Shown: positions 29,577 to 38,982, numbered from the stretch's first letter. The stretch: DNA of 64,000 nucleotides from an uncultured bacterium (GCA_964236265.1 CAXSDE010000001.1:84614-148613), one strand, 5' to 3'. Program-made: numbers and translations. The notes: generated by a model not told the origin, from the letters alone.

Positions 29577-31013
29577 GTGCTTGCGCGCCTGCGTTCGAGG
29601 CTCGACGACGACGGCTTCACGCTGGTCGAAGTCATGATCTCGCTCGTCATCTTCGCCCTGATCAGCACCGTCGCCGCGGTTGGTCTGCTCTCCAACCTCC
29701 GCTCCGCCGGGTCCAACCGCGCCCGCGTGACGGCCGCTGACCTGGCTTTGAAGGAGATCGAGACCGTCCGCTCAGCCTTCATGTCTCAGGCTCAGCAAGC
29801 CGGGCCCACGACCGTCCTGCAAAACCTCGTCGAGAACCCGCAGCCGAACGGCACCGAAGGCGGCCCGACGATGGACACCGTGGTCCAGGGCCGCGCGTAC
29901 AAGGTGTGGCGTGACGCGGAATGGGAGCCCCTCAACGACACCGCCGGGCCGTGCGACGGCTTGGCCGGCGGTGCGAGCAAGCCACTGGCCTATCTGCGGG
30001 TCACGGTCACCGTCGTCTGGGCCAACATGGGTTCGACGACACCAGTCACCAACACGACCCTGTTGACGCCGCCACTGGGCACATACAAGGACGGGCAGGG
30101 TCACCTCAAGGTGAAGGTGACCGACATCAACGCGGCCCCGTTGACCAACATCGACGTGAACGTCTATCAGACGACCCCGAAAGTGCTCGTCCAGACAGGC
30201 GCCACTGGCCCGGACGGCTGCGCGTTCTTCGCGTACCTGACTCCGGGCAACTACACGGTCGAGGTGACCAAGCCGGGCTACGTCACGACCGACTGGCTCA
30301 ACCTGTTCAGCTACCCCACGAGCGTCACCGCCAACAACGTGACCTCGGTGCCGGTCAGTTATACGCCGCAAGCCGACCTTCAGCTGGCGTTCGACCCAGC
30401 GGCCGTCCCCACGCCCTACGCGGCGCCCGTCAACGCCACCATGAGTTACTACAGCCCCAACCTTCCGGTGACGGGTTCCCCCACGTGGACGGGCTGGCAG
30501 CGTGCACGCTCGACACTCCCGGCACCGACGCTGCCGCTCTTGCACCCATGGCCCGACTCGTACGGCGTCGCGGCGTGGGCCGGTGACTGCTACGACTCGG
30601 ACCCCGGCTTCTACCCTCCTGCGTCCCGGCAGAAGTTCGTGCCCGTCGTCGGCAGCCCGATGAGCACGCCCGTCACGGGCGCCCTCGTCGCCGTGAAGAT
30701 CAGCGGGGCCGCCATCGGACAGACGTTCTATGCGGAACATGCCAAGTTCATACCGGTCACACCTCCGACATCGCCCGTCACATACACGACCACCCTGGCG
30801 TGCCCCGCGACAGCGGCCGCCAACGACACTCTCGGGACCGCCATGGGCGAGATCCTCACGTTCCCGGCCGGCACGGTCGCGAGCGGCACCACCGCAGCCA
30901 ACATCCTGCTCCCGTACGGCATCTGGACTATCCGGTCCACGACGGGCAACAAGGTAGTCACGGTCACCGTTACTCCCACCAGCACCTACCCGATGGCGGT
31001 GACCCTCACATGA
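29577..31013 (+). CDS. Large prepilin-type N-terminal cleavage/methylation domain protein (478 aa; modular pseudopilin-like with beta-sandwich/CarboxypepD_reg-like modules).
   Basis: N-terminus MLARLRSRLDDDG|FTLVEVMISLVIFALISTVAAVGLL has a positive leader, G at -1, F at +1, E at +5 and a 20-aa hydrophobic helix, which is a class-III (type IV prepilin) signal. GTG start with GGAGGGA RBS. HLKVKVTD...GCAFFAYLTPGNYTVEVTKPGYV is a Cna-B/CarboxypepD_reg-like segment. Confidence 0.75.
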   Translation: MLARLRSRLDDDGFTLVEVMISLVIFALISTVAAVGLLSNLRSAGSNRARVTAADLALKEIETVRSAFMSQAQQAGPTTVLQNLVENPQPNGTEGGPTMDTVVQGRAYKVWRDAEWEPLNDTAGPCDGLAGGASKPLAYLRVTVTVVWANMGSTTPVTNTTLLTPPLGTYKDGQGHLKVKVTDINAAPLTNIDVNVYQTTPKVLVQTGATGPDGCAFFAYLTPGNYTVEVTKPGYVTTDWLNLFSYPTSVTANNVTSVPVSYTPQADLQLAFDPAAVPTPYAAPVNATMSYYSPNLPVTGSPTWTGWQRARSTLPAPTLPLLHPWPDSYGVAAWAGDCYDSDPGFYPPASRQKFVPVVGSPMSTPVTGALVAVKISGAAIGQTFYAEHAKFIPVTPPTSPVTYTTTLACPATAAANDTLGTAMGEILTFPAGTVASGTTAANILLPYGIWTIRSTTGNKVVTVTVTPTSTYPMAVTLT

Positions 31014-31768
31014 TGCGGCTGATCCAGCGGGCACAGAAGGACGATGGCGGCTTCAGCCTCGTCGAGTTGCTCATCTCGATGACCATCTTCTCCGTCCTGA
31101 TGGGCATGGTCTTCACCGTCCTCATCACGACGCAGAAGCAGGTCGCGGGCGCCGGCGTCCGGCTGGACGACATCGACCAGGGCCGCATGGCGCTGGATGT
31201 GCTGTCGCGGACCTTGCGCACCGCCGTCGAACCGGCGCAGCTGCAGGTCTTCTGCACGACGTGCGGCGGTTCCGGAACGGCCGCGGGTGCAACAGCGATC
31301 ACCGACGCGCAGCAGCTGACGATCACTCTCTACTCCAACACGGACTCGGCGGCCGGCCCGAACCTGATCACGTTCTCGGTCCAGTACGACAGCTCGTTGA
31401 AGATGACGACGCTGACGAAGTCGACCCAACCTCCGGACGTGGGATCAGCGCCGAACTACATCTACACGACATGCACACCGGGCCCTGGGTGTTCGAAGCG
31501 GGTAATGACCTTGGTCAAGGGGGTCACATTCCCGGTGGGCGCCCCGTCTTTCTTCCAGTATTTCGACAACAAGGGCAGCGATATCACGCCGGTGAGCGCC
31601 GGCACGAGCCTGACCCTGAGCCAGCTGATCACCATCGACTCGGTCGGCATCAACATGACCGTCGACACGCCGGACAATTTCAAGGCCGGGCCGACCACGA
31701 TCTACAGCCGCGTCGGCCTTCCCAACTCCGGGACGGGCGTCCTCGTCCTTCCCACCGCGACATCATGA
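31010..31768 (+). CDS. Prepilin-type N-terminal domain protein 2 (252 aa), translationally coupled.
   Basis: MMRLIQRAQKDDGG|FSLVELLISMTIFSVLMGMVFTVLI with G-F-x-x-x-E. The ATG overlaps the gene-1 stop (ATGATG). Confidence 0.75.
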   Translation: MMRLIQRAQKDDGGFSLVELLISMTIFSVLMGMVFTVLITTQKQVAGAGVRLDDIDQGRMALDVLSRTLRTAVEPAQLQVFCTTCGGSGTAAGATAITDAQQLTITLYSNTDSAAGPNLITFSVQYDSSLKMTTLTKSTQPPDVGSAPNYIYTTCTPGPGCSKRVMTLVKGVTFPVGAPSFFQYFDNKGSDITPVSAGTSLTLSQLITIDSVGINMTVDTPDNFKAGPTTIYSRVGLPNSGTGVLVLPTATS

Positions 31769-33753
31769 GGGCCTCTATGAGAATCGGTTGGATAGCGCGA
31801 CGGATCGACGCGGCTCGCGGTGACTCCGGTGTCGCCATCGTGCTCGTGGTCGGCGTCGGCATGGTCGTGTCGATGCTGCTTCTCTCCCTGACGGCGTACA
31901 CGATTCTGTCCGTGTCGCACTCACGGCAGGAGCAGGACACGCAGGCGGCGCTATCCGCCGCCCAAGCTGGAGTGGACGACTACCTCAGCCGGCTCAACGC
32001 CAACAACACCTACTGGCAGGTGCCCATCTCGCCGGCGCCGAACCAGTGCGTCGACAATGTGGCCATCCGTACGATCGGCGATGCCTGCGGCGACATAAAG
32101 ACCGGCTGGGCGCCGATCTCGGGTCAGCAGTACACGCCGACGACCGGCAGCACCACGCTCGTCAGCTGCTCCGTCGCCGACTCGGCCGGCAACTTCGCCG
32201 CGCCGTGCGGGGCGTTCCACTACGACGTGGACATCTCGCAGACGATCGCTACCGGGGCCATCAACCTCACGTCGACGGGCAAGGCGCACGGCAAGACGCG
32301 AAGCGTGAAGGTCGTCGTGCGCCGGCAGAGCTTCGGCGACTTCATGTATTACACCGACCTCGAGACGAGCGACCCCGGCAACCCCTTTTCCTACGACGAC
32401 TCCGTGCCGACGCCCAACACCGACCAGTGCTACCAGCACGTCTGGGACACGCCGACCCGGCCGACCTCGTACGTAGTGGCGCCGGCCGGGTCGACCGAGG
32501 GGGCCACCAACTCGGGCTTTACGTGCGATGACATCACGTTTAACGGCGGCGACGTTCTCAATGGGCCGATCCACTCCAACGACGCCATCCGCGTCGGCAC
32601 GGCGACGTTCAACGGACCCGTCACGACGGCGTGGCCGCGGTGCGCACCCAACGCCCTCGGTGTCGCGCCGGGCGTGTCCTACTGTTACCGCGACGCCGTC
32701 GGCACCGCGACGTTCAACAAGAGCATCAAGTACGTCACGCCGCTGTTGATGCCGCCGACACCGGTCGACCTGCGCAAGCAGACGGACCCCGCACAGGTGA
32801 CAAACCCCGGCTGCATGTACGAAGGTCCGACACGCATCCAGTTCCAGCCCGGCGGCTCCATGAAGGTGTGGAGTCCCTACACCCGCACGCTTAACTCAGG
32901 TTGCGGGTCAGTGAGCGGCTTCCAGACCAACCCGACGCAGCCGCAGACGATCACGCCCCCGGCCAACAACGTCATCTACGTCGACCCGTCACCGGCCAGC
33001 GTCGGAGCGACCAACGGCCCGTGCCCGGCAGGCTTCGTCGGTGGGTTGCCGGTGACCCCGACAACCGGCGGCACCGGCAGCACGACCGGTGACATCAACG
33101 CAATCTGGGGGGACTACGACTGCACCCAGGGCACGCTCTACGTCGACGGCACCTTCAACGGCCGCATGACCGTCGGATCCTCGGCCAACATCATCATCGT
33201 CGGTGACCTGAAGTACGACACCAGCGCGGCCGGCAACGACAGCCTCGGCCTCGTGGCCCAGACGAGCGTGGAGATCTACCACCCCGTGCGCTGCCAGACC
33301 TGGTACAACGTCGACTCGGCCAGCCCGCCGCACAAGGCATGCCTCCCGAACAATTCCGGTGGCAACAGCTCGGAGATCGCGCGCAATGCCGGTGCCGGGG
33401 GACCGCTGCCCGGCACGCCGACCCTGAGCGGCTACTTCGCCAACCCCATCGTCAACGCCGCCATGCTGTCGCTGCAGCACAGCTTCGTGGTGCAGGCCTA
33501 CAACCTCGGGACCGCGTCGAACCTCGGCTCGGGCGGTCTGTCCGTGTTCGGCTCGATCGCGCAGAAGTTCCGCGGCGCGGTCGCGACGAGCAACAGTTCC
33601 GGCACCATCGTCACCGGCTACAAGAAGGTGTACACGTACGACAACCGCTTGAAGTTCGCGCCGCCGCCCTACTACCTTGACCCGGTTGCGTCGAAGTACA
33701 TCTCGGCGGTGTTTTCGGAGATTCCGCCGGCGTACAAGCCGACCGATCCGTAG
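31765..33753 (+). CDS. Large (662 aa) PilX_N/TadG-like pseudopilin-associated protein, Gly/Thr/Asn-rich, possibly beta-helical. The third gene of the operon. Possible alternative start at 31777.
   Basis: N-terminus MRASMRIGWIARRIDAARGDSGVAIVLVVGVGMVVSMLLLSLTAYTIL resembles PilX_N/TadG N-termini. The ATG overlaps the gene-2 stop. The rest is a long low-hydrophobicity G/T/S/N-rich region. Confidence 0.6.
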   Translation: MRASMRIGWIARRIDAARGDSGVAIVLVVGVGMVVSMLLLSLTAYTILSVSHSRQEQDTQAALSAAQAGVDDYLSRLNANNTYWQVPISPAPNQCVDNVAIRTIGDACGDIKTGWAPISGQQYTPTTGSTTLVSCSVADSAGNFAAPCGAFHYDVDISQTIATGAINLTSTGKAHGKTRSVKVVVRRQSFGDFMYYTDLETSDPGNPFSYDDSVPTPNTDQCYQHVWDTPTRPTSYVVAPAGSTEGATNSGFTCDDITFNGGDVLNGPIHSNDAIRVGTATFNGPVTTAWPRCAPNALGVAPGVSYCYRDAVGTATFNKSIKYVTPLLMPPTPVDLRKQTDPAQVTNPGCMYEGPTRIQFQPGGSMKVWSPYTRTLNSGCGSVSGFQTNPTQPQTITPPANNVIYVDPSPASVGATNGPCPAGFVGGLPVTPTTGGTGSTTGDINAIWGDYDCTQGTLYVDGTFNGRMTVGSSANIIIVGDLKYDTSAAGNDSLGLVAQTSVEIYHPVRCQTWYNVDSASPPHKACLPNNSGGNSSEIARNAGAGGPLPGTPTLSGYFANPIVNAAMLSLQHSFVVQAYNLGTASNLGSGGLSVFGSIAQKFRGAVATSNSSGTIVTGYKKVYTYDNRLKFAPPPYYLDPVASKYISAVFSEIPPAYKPTDP

Positions 33754-33774
33754 ACCGCGCATCACGAGCAACGG

Positions 33775-33816
33775 GAGAGCCGCCGGCATGATGCCGGCGG
33801 CTCTCGTCGTCTTTCC
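33775..33816 (+). terminator. Rho-independent terminator of the pilin-like operon.
   Basis: Perfect 14-bp stem gagagccgccggca / tgccggcggctctc, 3-nt loop, then gtcgtctttcc. Confidence 0.55.
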
Positions 33817-33880
33817 GGCGTGTACGAAGGCAGTTTCCCGCGTCGCCCGGCCTCAGCACACCGCTCGACACTGCCTCTAG

Positions 33881-36800
33881 CTAGCCCGTCGCGATGTCCC
33901 CGGCCGTCGTCACCGGCGCCTGCACCGTGACCAGCTCGCCGTCGCCGCTGTGCAGATACCCGCGGCCCGCGCTGACTGGTCCTCCGATGATGCTGCGCGG
34001 CAGCCGCACCCCGATGAGGTCGCCGTCACCGATGCCCTGCGGGGACAGCAGAATGCCGGTGCGGCCGCGCTTCATGTCGACCTGCCATCCGCTGAAGCCG
34101 GTGCACACGTCGTCGGTGCCGCCGGCAACGACGACAGCCTGACCACGTTCCGCTCCGTGCCGGATGACGTCCCGCAACACGTCGGCCGCCCCGCACTCCT
34201 TCAGCAACTCTGCGTCGTCGACCAGCACCACGACAGGACCGGTCCCGCCCGCGAGCACCGTGGCCAGTTCCGCCGGAAGGACGGAGCCCTCGTACGACGC
34301 CAGCACGCCGGGGTGACCCGCGAGCTCCCGCAGCGGCGACGGCTTCGGCGTGGCCAGGACCACCGATGCCCCGCGCGCGAGCAACGACACCGCCATCGTC
34401 ACCAGCAGGCCGCTGCGCCCCGACCGGGGCGCGCCGCCGATGATGAACGTCGGCGTGCGCGCGAGGTCGGCGCCGTACGCCGTCCACTCGTCGCCCCCGA
34501 CTCCCACCAGCGACCACAACGGCGACGTCGTGTCGACGAGCGTGTCCGCCTCGGCGTAGCTGAGCTTCGTCGGGAGCAGCTCCACCCGGAACGGCCGCAA
34601 CCCGCGCGGGACGTCCGGCTCCCGCTCGCGGGCCTCCGCCGCGATCTCCCGCAGCGCCGCCGCCTGCCCGGCGCCCGTGCCGTCCTTGTCGAGCAAGGCG
34701 ACCTGGATCTCGCGGCCGGTCTCGGCGCGGAACGCGCGGCCGGCGGGCGGGTCGTCCGGCATCGACCGGGGACTGAGCGCCGCGAGGGTGTAGTCGGCCC
34801 GGTCGGCCATGCGGAACGTCAGCCGGTCCTCGCTCATCGCCGCGATCCGCCCCGACAGCACTGTGCGGTCGCCGACGATGACAACGTGCACGCCGACGGT
34901 CGCGCCCTCGCGGAGCAGCTGCGTGATCGCGTCGGTCAGCGCCCCGCCGTCGAGCTCCCCGAGCGTCGAGACGAAGCCCTCCCAGCGGTCGAGCAGCACC
35001 ACGACATGCGGCAACCGCTCGCCCGCCGCGCTCGCCGCCCGCTGTTCGCCGATGTCGGACACACCCAGCCGGCCGAGGATCTCCTGCCGCCGCGCGACCT
35101 CCCCGACGAGGCGGCCCAACACGCGCCGGGCGCGCTCCGGTTGCGTACGCGACACGACGGCGCCGCAGTGCGGTAGATCCGCCAGCGGCAGCAGGGCGCC
35201 GTTGCCGCAGTCGAGGCCGTAGATGTGCACGTCGGCGGCCGAGTGCCGGCGCCCGATCGAGCCCGCGATCGTCCGCAGCAATTGGGAGCGCCCACTCCGC
35301 GGTGCCCCCGCCACCAGCAGGTGCCCGAACGTGGCGAAGTCGAGCACGGCCGCGCGCTGGAGCTGCTCCGCCGGCAGGTCCTCGATCCCGAACGGCACGG
35401 TCGCGAGCCCCCCGACCGCGAGCCCCCCGACCGCGAGCCCCCCGACCGCGAGCCCCCCGACCGCCGACCGCGGCGCCGCCGGCCGCGGCGCCGCAATGTC
35501 ATCGAGCACCACATCGGTGCCGAGGGCCGCCAACCACGGGCTGTGCTGCGGCTCCAGACGGAGTTGCTCGTTGGCCGCGCAGATCGCCTCGACCACTGCG
35601 GTCAGATCGGTCTCGGCCTCCTCGTCCGCCCGGACCGTCGGCCGCGCCGGCGCCGGGCGCCCGAGGGCGGCCACGTCCACGTCCACGACGAACGGGTCGG
35701 CGACCACCCGCGCCACCGCGCCCGGTCGCCGCCCACCGACGCGCCCGCTCTGGAACGGCAGGAGCGACGCGTGCCCCAGCCGCGCATACGCGCGCCCGGG
35801 CGTCGACTTCGCGATGCGCGCGGCCTCACCGGTCCCGATGACGTCCGCGCTCTCGCTCACATCCGTGACGCGCAGGGCGATGCGCAGGTTGGTGTTGGCG
35901 CGGATCTCCGGCGAGACGACACCCGACGGCCGCTGCGTGGCGAGGATGAGGTGGATGCCGAGCGAGCGACCGCGTTGGGCGATATTCACCAAGCCTGTCA
36001 CGAAATCCGGGAGGTCGCGCACCATCGACGCGAACTCGTCGATGACGATCAGCAGCCGTGGCATGGCCTCCAGGTACGGCATCGTCCGCATTCCCGCGAC
36101 GTAGTCCTCGATGTCCTTGGCGCCGACCGCCGCCAGCATGTGTTCCCGGCGCTTCAGCTCCGCCGACAGGGATTCCAACGCGCGGCCCACGAGGTGCGCG
36201 TCGAGGTCGGTGACCATGCCGACGGTGTGCGGCAGCCGTACACAATCCTTGAACGCACTGCCGCCCTTGTAGTCGATGAGGACGAACGTCATCGCGTCCG
36301 GTTTGTTGGCCACCGCCAGCGACGCGACGATCGACTGCAGCAGCTCGGACTTGCCGGAGCCCGTCGTGCCGGCGATCAGCCCGTGCGGGCCGTCGCGCGA
36401 CAGGTCGAGGGAGAACGCGCCGTCCATCCCCTCGCCGATGACGAATTCGGTCGACCGGCCGCCCGAGAGCCACCGGGCCGCGATGTCGGGCGCCGTCGGC
36501 GGGTCGAGCTGCAACACGTCGAGCAAGCGGCTGGACGACGGGATCGCCCCGCCGCTCTCGTCCGCGCTGGTGTCGCGGATCGGCGCCAGCGCGCGGGCCA
36601 CCCGTTCGGCCCACCCGGCGGGCACCTCGTCTGGCCGCACGTCCTCGACCGTCTCCGCCCGCATCTGCCGCAGGGTGAGCCGCCCGCTCCCGGGATCGAC
36701 GGTGACGACGGCCTGGCACTCCTCGGGCAGCAACCGCTCGTCGGCGTCGAGGCAGACGACGAACATCCCGACCGACGGGCCGTCGCGCAGCAACTGCGCG

Positions 36801-38299
36801 ACACCCGGCAGCGAACGCAGCCGCCGCGCGCCGTCGAGCACCACCACGATGTCCGTCGCGAACGTCACCGTCGACGACTCCCGCGCCGCGTCGCGCCGCG
36901 CGGTCAGCATCGTGATGAGCTCGCCGATCCGGCGCCCGACGGTCTCGTTGTCGGAGCCGATCAGCGCGATCGTGTCCTGCCCGTCGGCTGGCCGCGTGTG
37001 CGGCAGCCAGCGCACCCAGGCCCACTCGCCGCGGGACTGCGAGTCGGTCAGCACGCACAGCTGCACGTCGCGCGGGCTGTGCAGGACACCCAGCTGGGTG
37101 ACGAGGCAGCGCGTCACCGCGGTCGCGAGCGGTCCGCGGCCGGCGATGCCGAGCACGCCACGTTCGGTCAGCGACACCGGCACCGGCACCGCGTGCGCGA
37201 GCGGGTGCTGCTCGCGCCGATGGTCGTCCTGCGCCGGGTCCTCGACCGTGACGTCGCTCCGGAGGTCGGCGGTGCCGACACGCAGGACGAGATAGTCGGG
37301 GTCGTGCCGCCGCCGCTCCCACAGCCGCCGGCGCGGACCCACCGCAGTGAGCAGCAGCTCGGCGGGGTCGGGGCATTCGGCCCGCCGCGCCAATCGCTCG
37401 AGCCCCAGCGCCTCCTGGACATCCGCCTCGATGCGCGCCGTCGTCTCCCGGAACTGCGCCAGTTGTTTCCGGTACGACGACCTCCCGTGGCGACGGTCGG
37501 CGAAGAAGTTGGCCACGAGCGCCACGGGGCTGAGCAGACCCATCAACAGATAGCGCGGCTGGTGCATCACGGTCGCCATGACACCGGCGCCGATCAGCGG
37601 CACGAGGGCCATGATGATCGGGATGGGGCGGCGGTCGTTCTCGCGCGGCTGGGACGGCAGCTTGAACGCGGTCTGGCGTTTCGGCGGGTGCAGGCGCGGC
37701 GGGCGGTTGTAATCCAGGCCCGCGCCGTCGGCGGAGACCACGAGCGCGGCGTCGGGCGCGCTGGGCCGGCCGAGCTCGAGCAGCACACTGCCGAGGTCGA
37801 CGACGTCGCCCGGCTCCCAGGGGACCGCCCCGGTCACCTCGGCGTCCTCCAGAGCGATCTGCGCGCCGGCGAACGGCGTCAGCGCGCAGCGCCCGTCGGA
37901 GGCGACCGCGAGGACGAACTCGTGCGAGAGCGCCCCCGGCGCGCTCAGCACCACTCCGCAGTCGGCAGCAGCGCCGACGTCGTATTCCCCCGGCGCGAGG
38001 CGGTGGACGAGCCCCGCGTCCGGACCGCCGACGATCCGCAACTCGATCACGCCCGGCGGCTCGGTCGGGACGCACCCGGCGGCCGTGCCGAAGCTGACGA
38101 TGCAGCCGTCCCGCAGCCGCGAGTCGGGCACCGGCATCGACGGGTCGAGGAGCACCCCGTCGACGTACGCCGGGCGGGACTCGACTCCCAGCCGAGCCGC
38201 GAGCGCAGCCACCGCGAGACCGACCGTCGAGCCGTCGTCGAGGTCGATGAGCACGTCCTCGCGCGCGCCGCCGACCGCATCGACGGCCGTGAGAGTCAT
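33881..38299 (-). CDS. FtsK/SpoIIIE-family triple-ATPase, EssC/EccC-like (type VII secretion motor architecture), with an N-terminal ubiquitin-like + FHA module and a TM segment.
   Basis: 1472 aa from ATG 38299 (MTLTAVDAVGG...). FHA-like block IELRIVGGPDAGLVHRLAPGEYDVGAAADCGVVL...SHEFVLAV. TM helix IPIIMALVPLIGAGVMATVM. Three P-loops: GTTGSGKSELL plus LLIVIDEF, GAPRSGRSQLL and GAPRSGRSGLL. Confidence 0.85.
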   Translation of the reverse strand: MTLTAVDAVGGAREDVLIDLDDGSTVGLAVAALAARLGVESRPAYVDGVLLDPSMPVPDSRLRDGCIVSFGTAAGCVPTEPPGVIELRIVGGPDAGLVHRLAPGEYDVGAAADCGVVLSAPGALSHEFVLAVASDGRCALTPFAGAQIALEDAEVTGAVPWEPGDVVDLGSVLLELGRPSAPDAALVVSADGAGLDYNRPPRLHPPKRQTAFKLPSQPRENDRRPIPIIMALVPLIGAGVMATVMHQPRYLLMGLLSPVALVANFFADRRHGRSSYRKQLAQFRETTARIEADVQEALGLERLARRAECPDPAELLLTAVGPRRRLWERRRHDPDYLVLRVGTADLRSDVTVEDPAQDDHRREQHPLAHAVPVPVSLTERGVLGIAGRGPLATAVTRCLVTQLGVLHSPRDVQLCVLTDSQSRGEWAWVRWLPHTRPADGQDTIALIGSDNETVGRRIGELITMLTARRDAARESSTVTFATDIVVVLDGARRLRSLPGVAQLLRDGPSVGMFVVCLDADERLLPEECQAVVTVDPGSGRLTLRQMRAETVEDVRPDEVPAGWAERVARALAPIRDTSADESGGAIPSSSRLLDVLQLDPPTAPDIAARWLSGGRSTEFVIGEGMDGAFSLDLSRDGPHGLIAGTTGSGKSELLQSIVASLAVANKPDAMTFVLIDYKGGSAFKDCVRLPHTVGMVTDLDAHLVGRALESLSAELKRREHMLAAVGAKDIEDYVAGMRTMPYLEAMPRLLIVIDEFASMVRDLPDFVTGLVNIAQRGRSLGIHLILATQRPSGVVSPEIRANTNLRIALRVTDVSESADVIGTGEAARIAKSTPGRAYARLGHASLLPFQSGRVGGRRPGAVARVVADPFVVDVDVAALGRPAPARPTVRADEEAETDLTAVVEAICAANEQLRLEPQHSPWLAALGTDVVLDDIAAPRPAAPRSAVGGLAVGGLAVGGLAVGGLATVPFGIEDLPAEQLQRAAVLDFATFGHLLVAGAPRSGRSQLLRTIAGSIGRRHSAADVHIYGLDCGNGALLPLADLPHCGAVVSRTQPERARRVLGRLVGEVARRQEILGRLGVSDIGEQRAASAAGERLPHVVVLLDRWEGFVSTLGELDGGALTDAITQLLREGATVGVHVVIVGDRTVLSGRIAAMSEDRLTFRMADRADYTLAALSPRSMPDDPPAGRAFRAETGREIQVALLDKDGTGAGQAAALREIAAEAREREPDVPRGLRPFRVELLPTKLSYAEADTLVDTTSPLWSLVGVGGDEWTAYGADLARTPTFIIGGAPRSGRSGLLVTMAVSLLARGASVVLATPKPSPLRELAGHPGVLASYEGSVLPAELATVLAGGTGPVVVLVDDAELLKECGAADVLRDVIRHGAERGQAVVVAGGTDDVCTGFSGWQVDMKRGRTGILLSPQGIGDGDLIGVRLPRSIIGGPVSAGRGYLHSGDGELVTVQAPVTTAGDIATG
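35401..35470 (-). repeat. In-frame 15-bp tandem repeat (x4) encoding (GGLAV)4 in the linker between ATPase domains 1 and 2 of the EssC-like protein.
   Basis: cgcgagccccccgac x4 on the plus strand. The protein reads SAVGGLAVGGLAVGGLAVGGLATVPF. Confidence 0.8.
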
Positions 38300-38482
38300 G
38301 CGCACCCGCGCCACGCTAGCCGCCGCGAGCGCCCAGGGCCGCATTCTGTCCACAACGCCCGGGGGCCGCAGATCAAGCCATGGCCGGCAGACCGGCCCGG
38401 GCCGAGCTGAGTGCCCGCGACCGCACAGGCCGAATAGGGTGTGTCCCCGACAAGCACGCGCGACGCAGGAGGGCGGACCGAA

Positions 38483-38971
38483 ATGGCCAGCGAGGACCCG
38501 ACTGTCCCTAGTGCCGATGACGTCCTGACCCGGATCGGGCAGGCGGTCGCGGCGGCCGGCGGCGGGGACACGGACGGGGCACGCGCGACGCTCGAGGCGT
38601 TGTGGGTCCAGGCGCGCGGGCCGACAGCCGACGCCCTCCATCAGTTGGCCATCGCGCACGCCTTGGCCGACCTGCAGGACGACCCGCGCGAGGAGCTGGC
38701 GTGGGACCTGCTGGCGCTGCAGGCGGCCGCGGACGTCACCGACGAGCGTGTCGCCCGTTCCGGAATGCCGGGGCGCGCCGCCGCCCTCTACCCGTCACTG
38801 CACCACAACCTCGGCGAGGACTACCGCACACTCGGCGAGCTGGAGGCCGCCCGCCGCCACGCCGCTCTGGGTCTGGACGCCGTGGTCCACCTGGGCGACG
38901 ACGGCTACAGCCGGATGATCACGGCCGGCCTGCAACGCCTGCGCGACAGGCTGGCCGAGCTGCCTGAGTAG
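38483..38971 (+). CDS. Hypothetical helical protein, divergent from the EssC-like gene.
   Basis: MASEDPTVPSADDVLTRIGQAVAAAG... is Ala/Leu-rich and helical. RBS GGAGGGCGGA upstream. No domain recognised. Confidence 0.45.
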   Translation: MASEDPTVPSADDVLTRIGQAVAAAGGGDTDGARATLEALWVQARGPTADALHQLAIAHALADLQDDPREELAWDLLALQAAADVTDERVARSGMPGRAAALYPSLHHNLGEDYRTLGELEAARRHAALGLDAVVHLGDDGYSRMITAGLQRLRDRLAELPE

Positions 38972-38982
38972 CTCGGTCGCGG

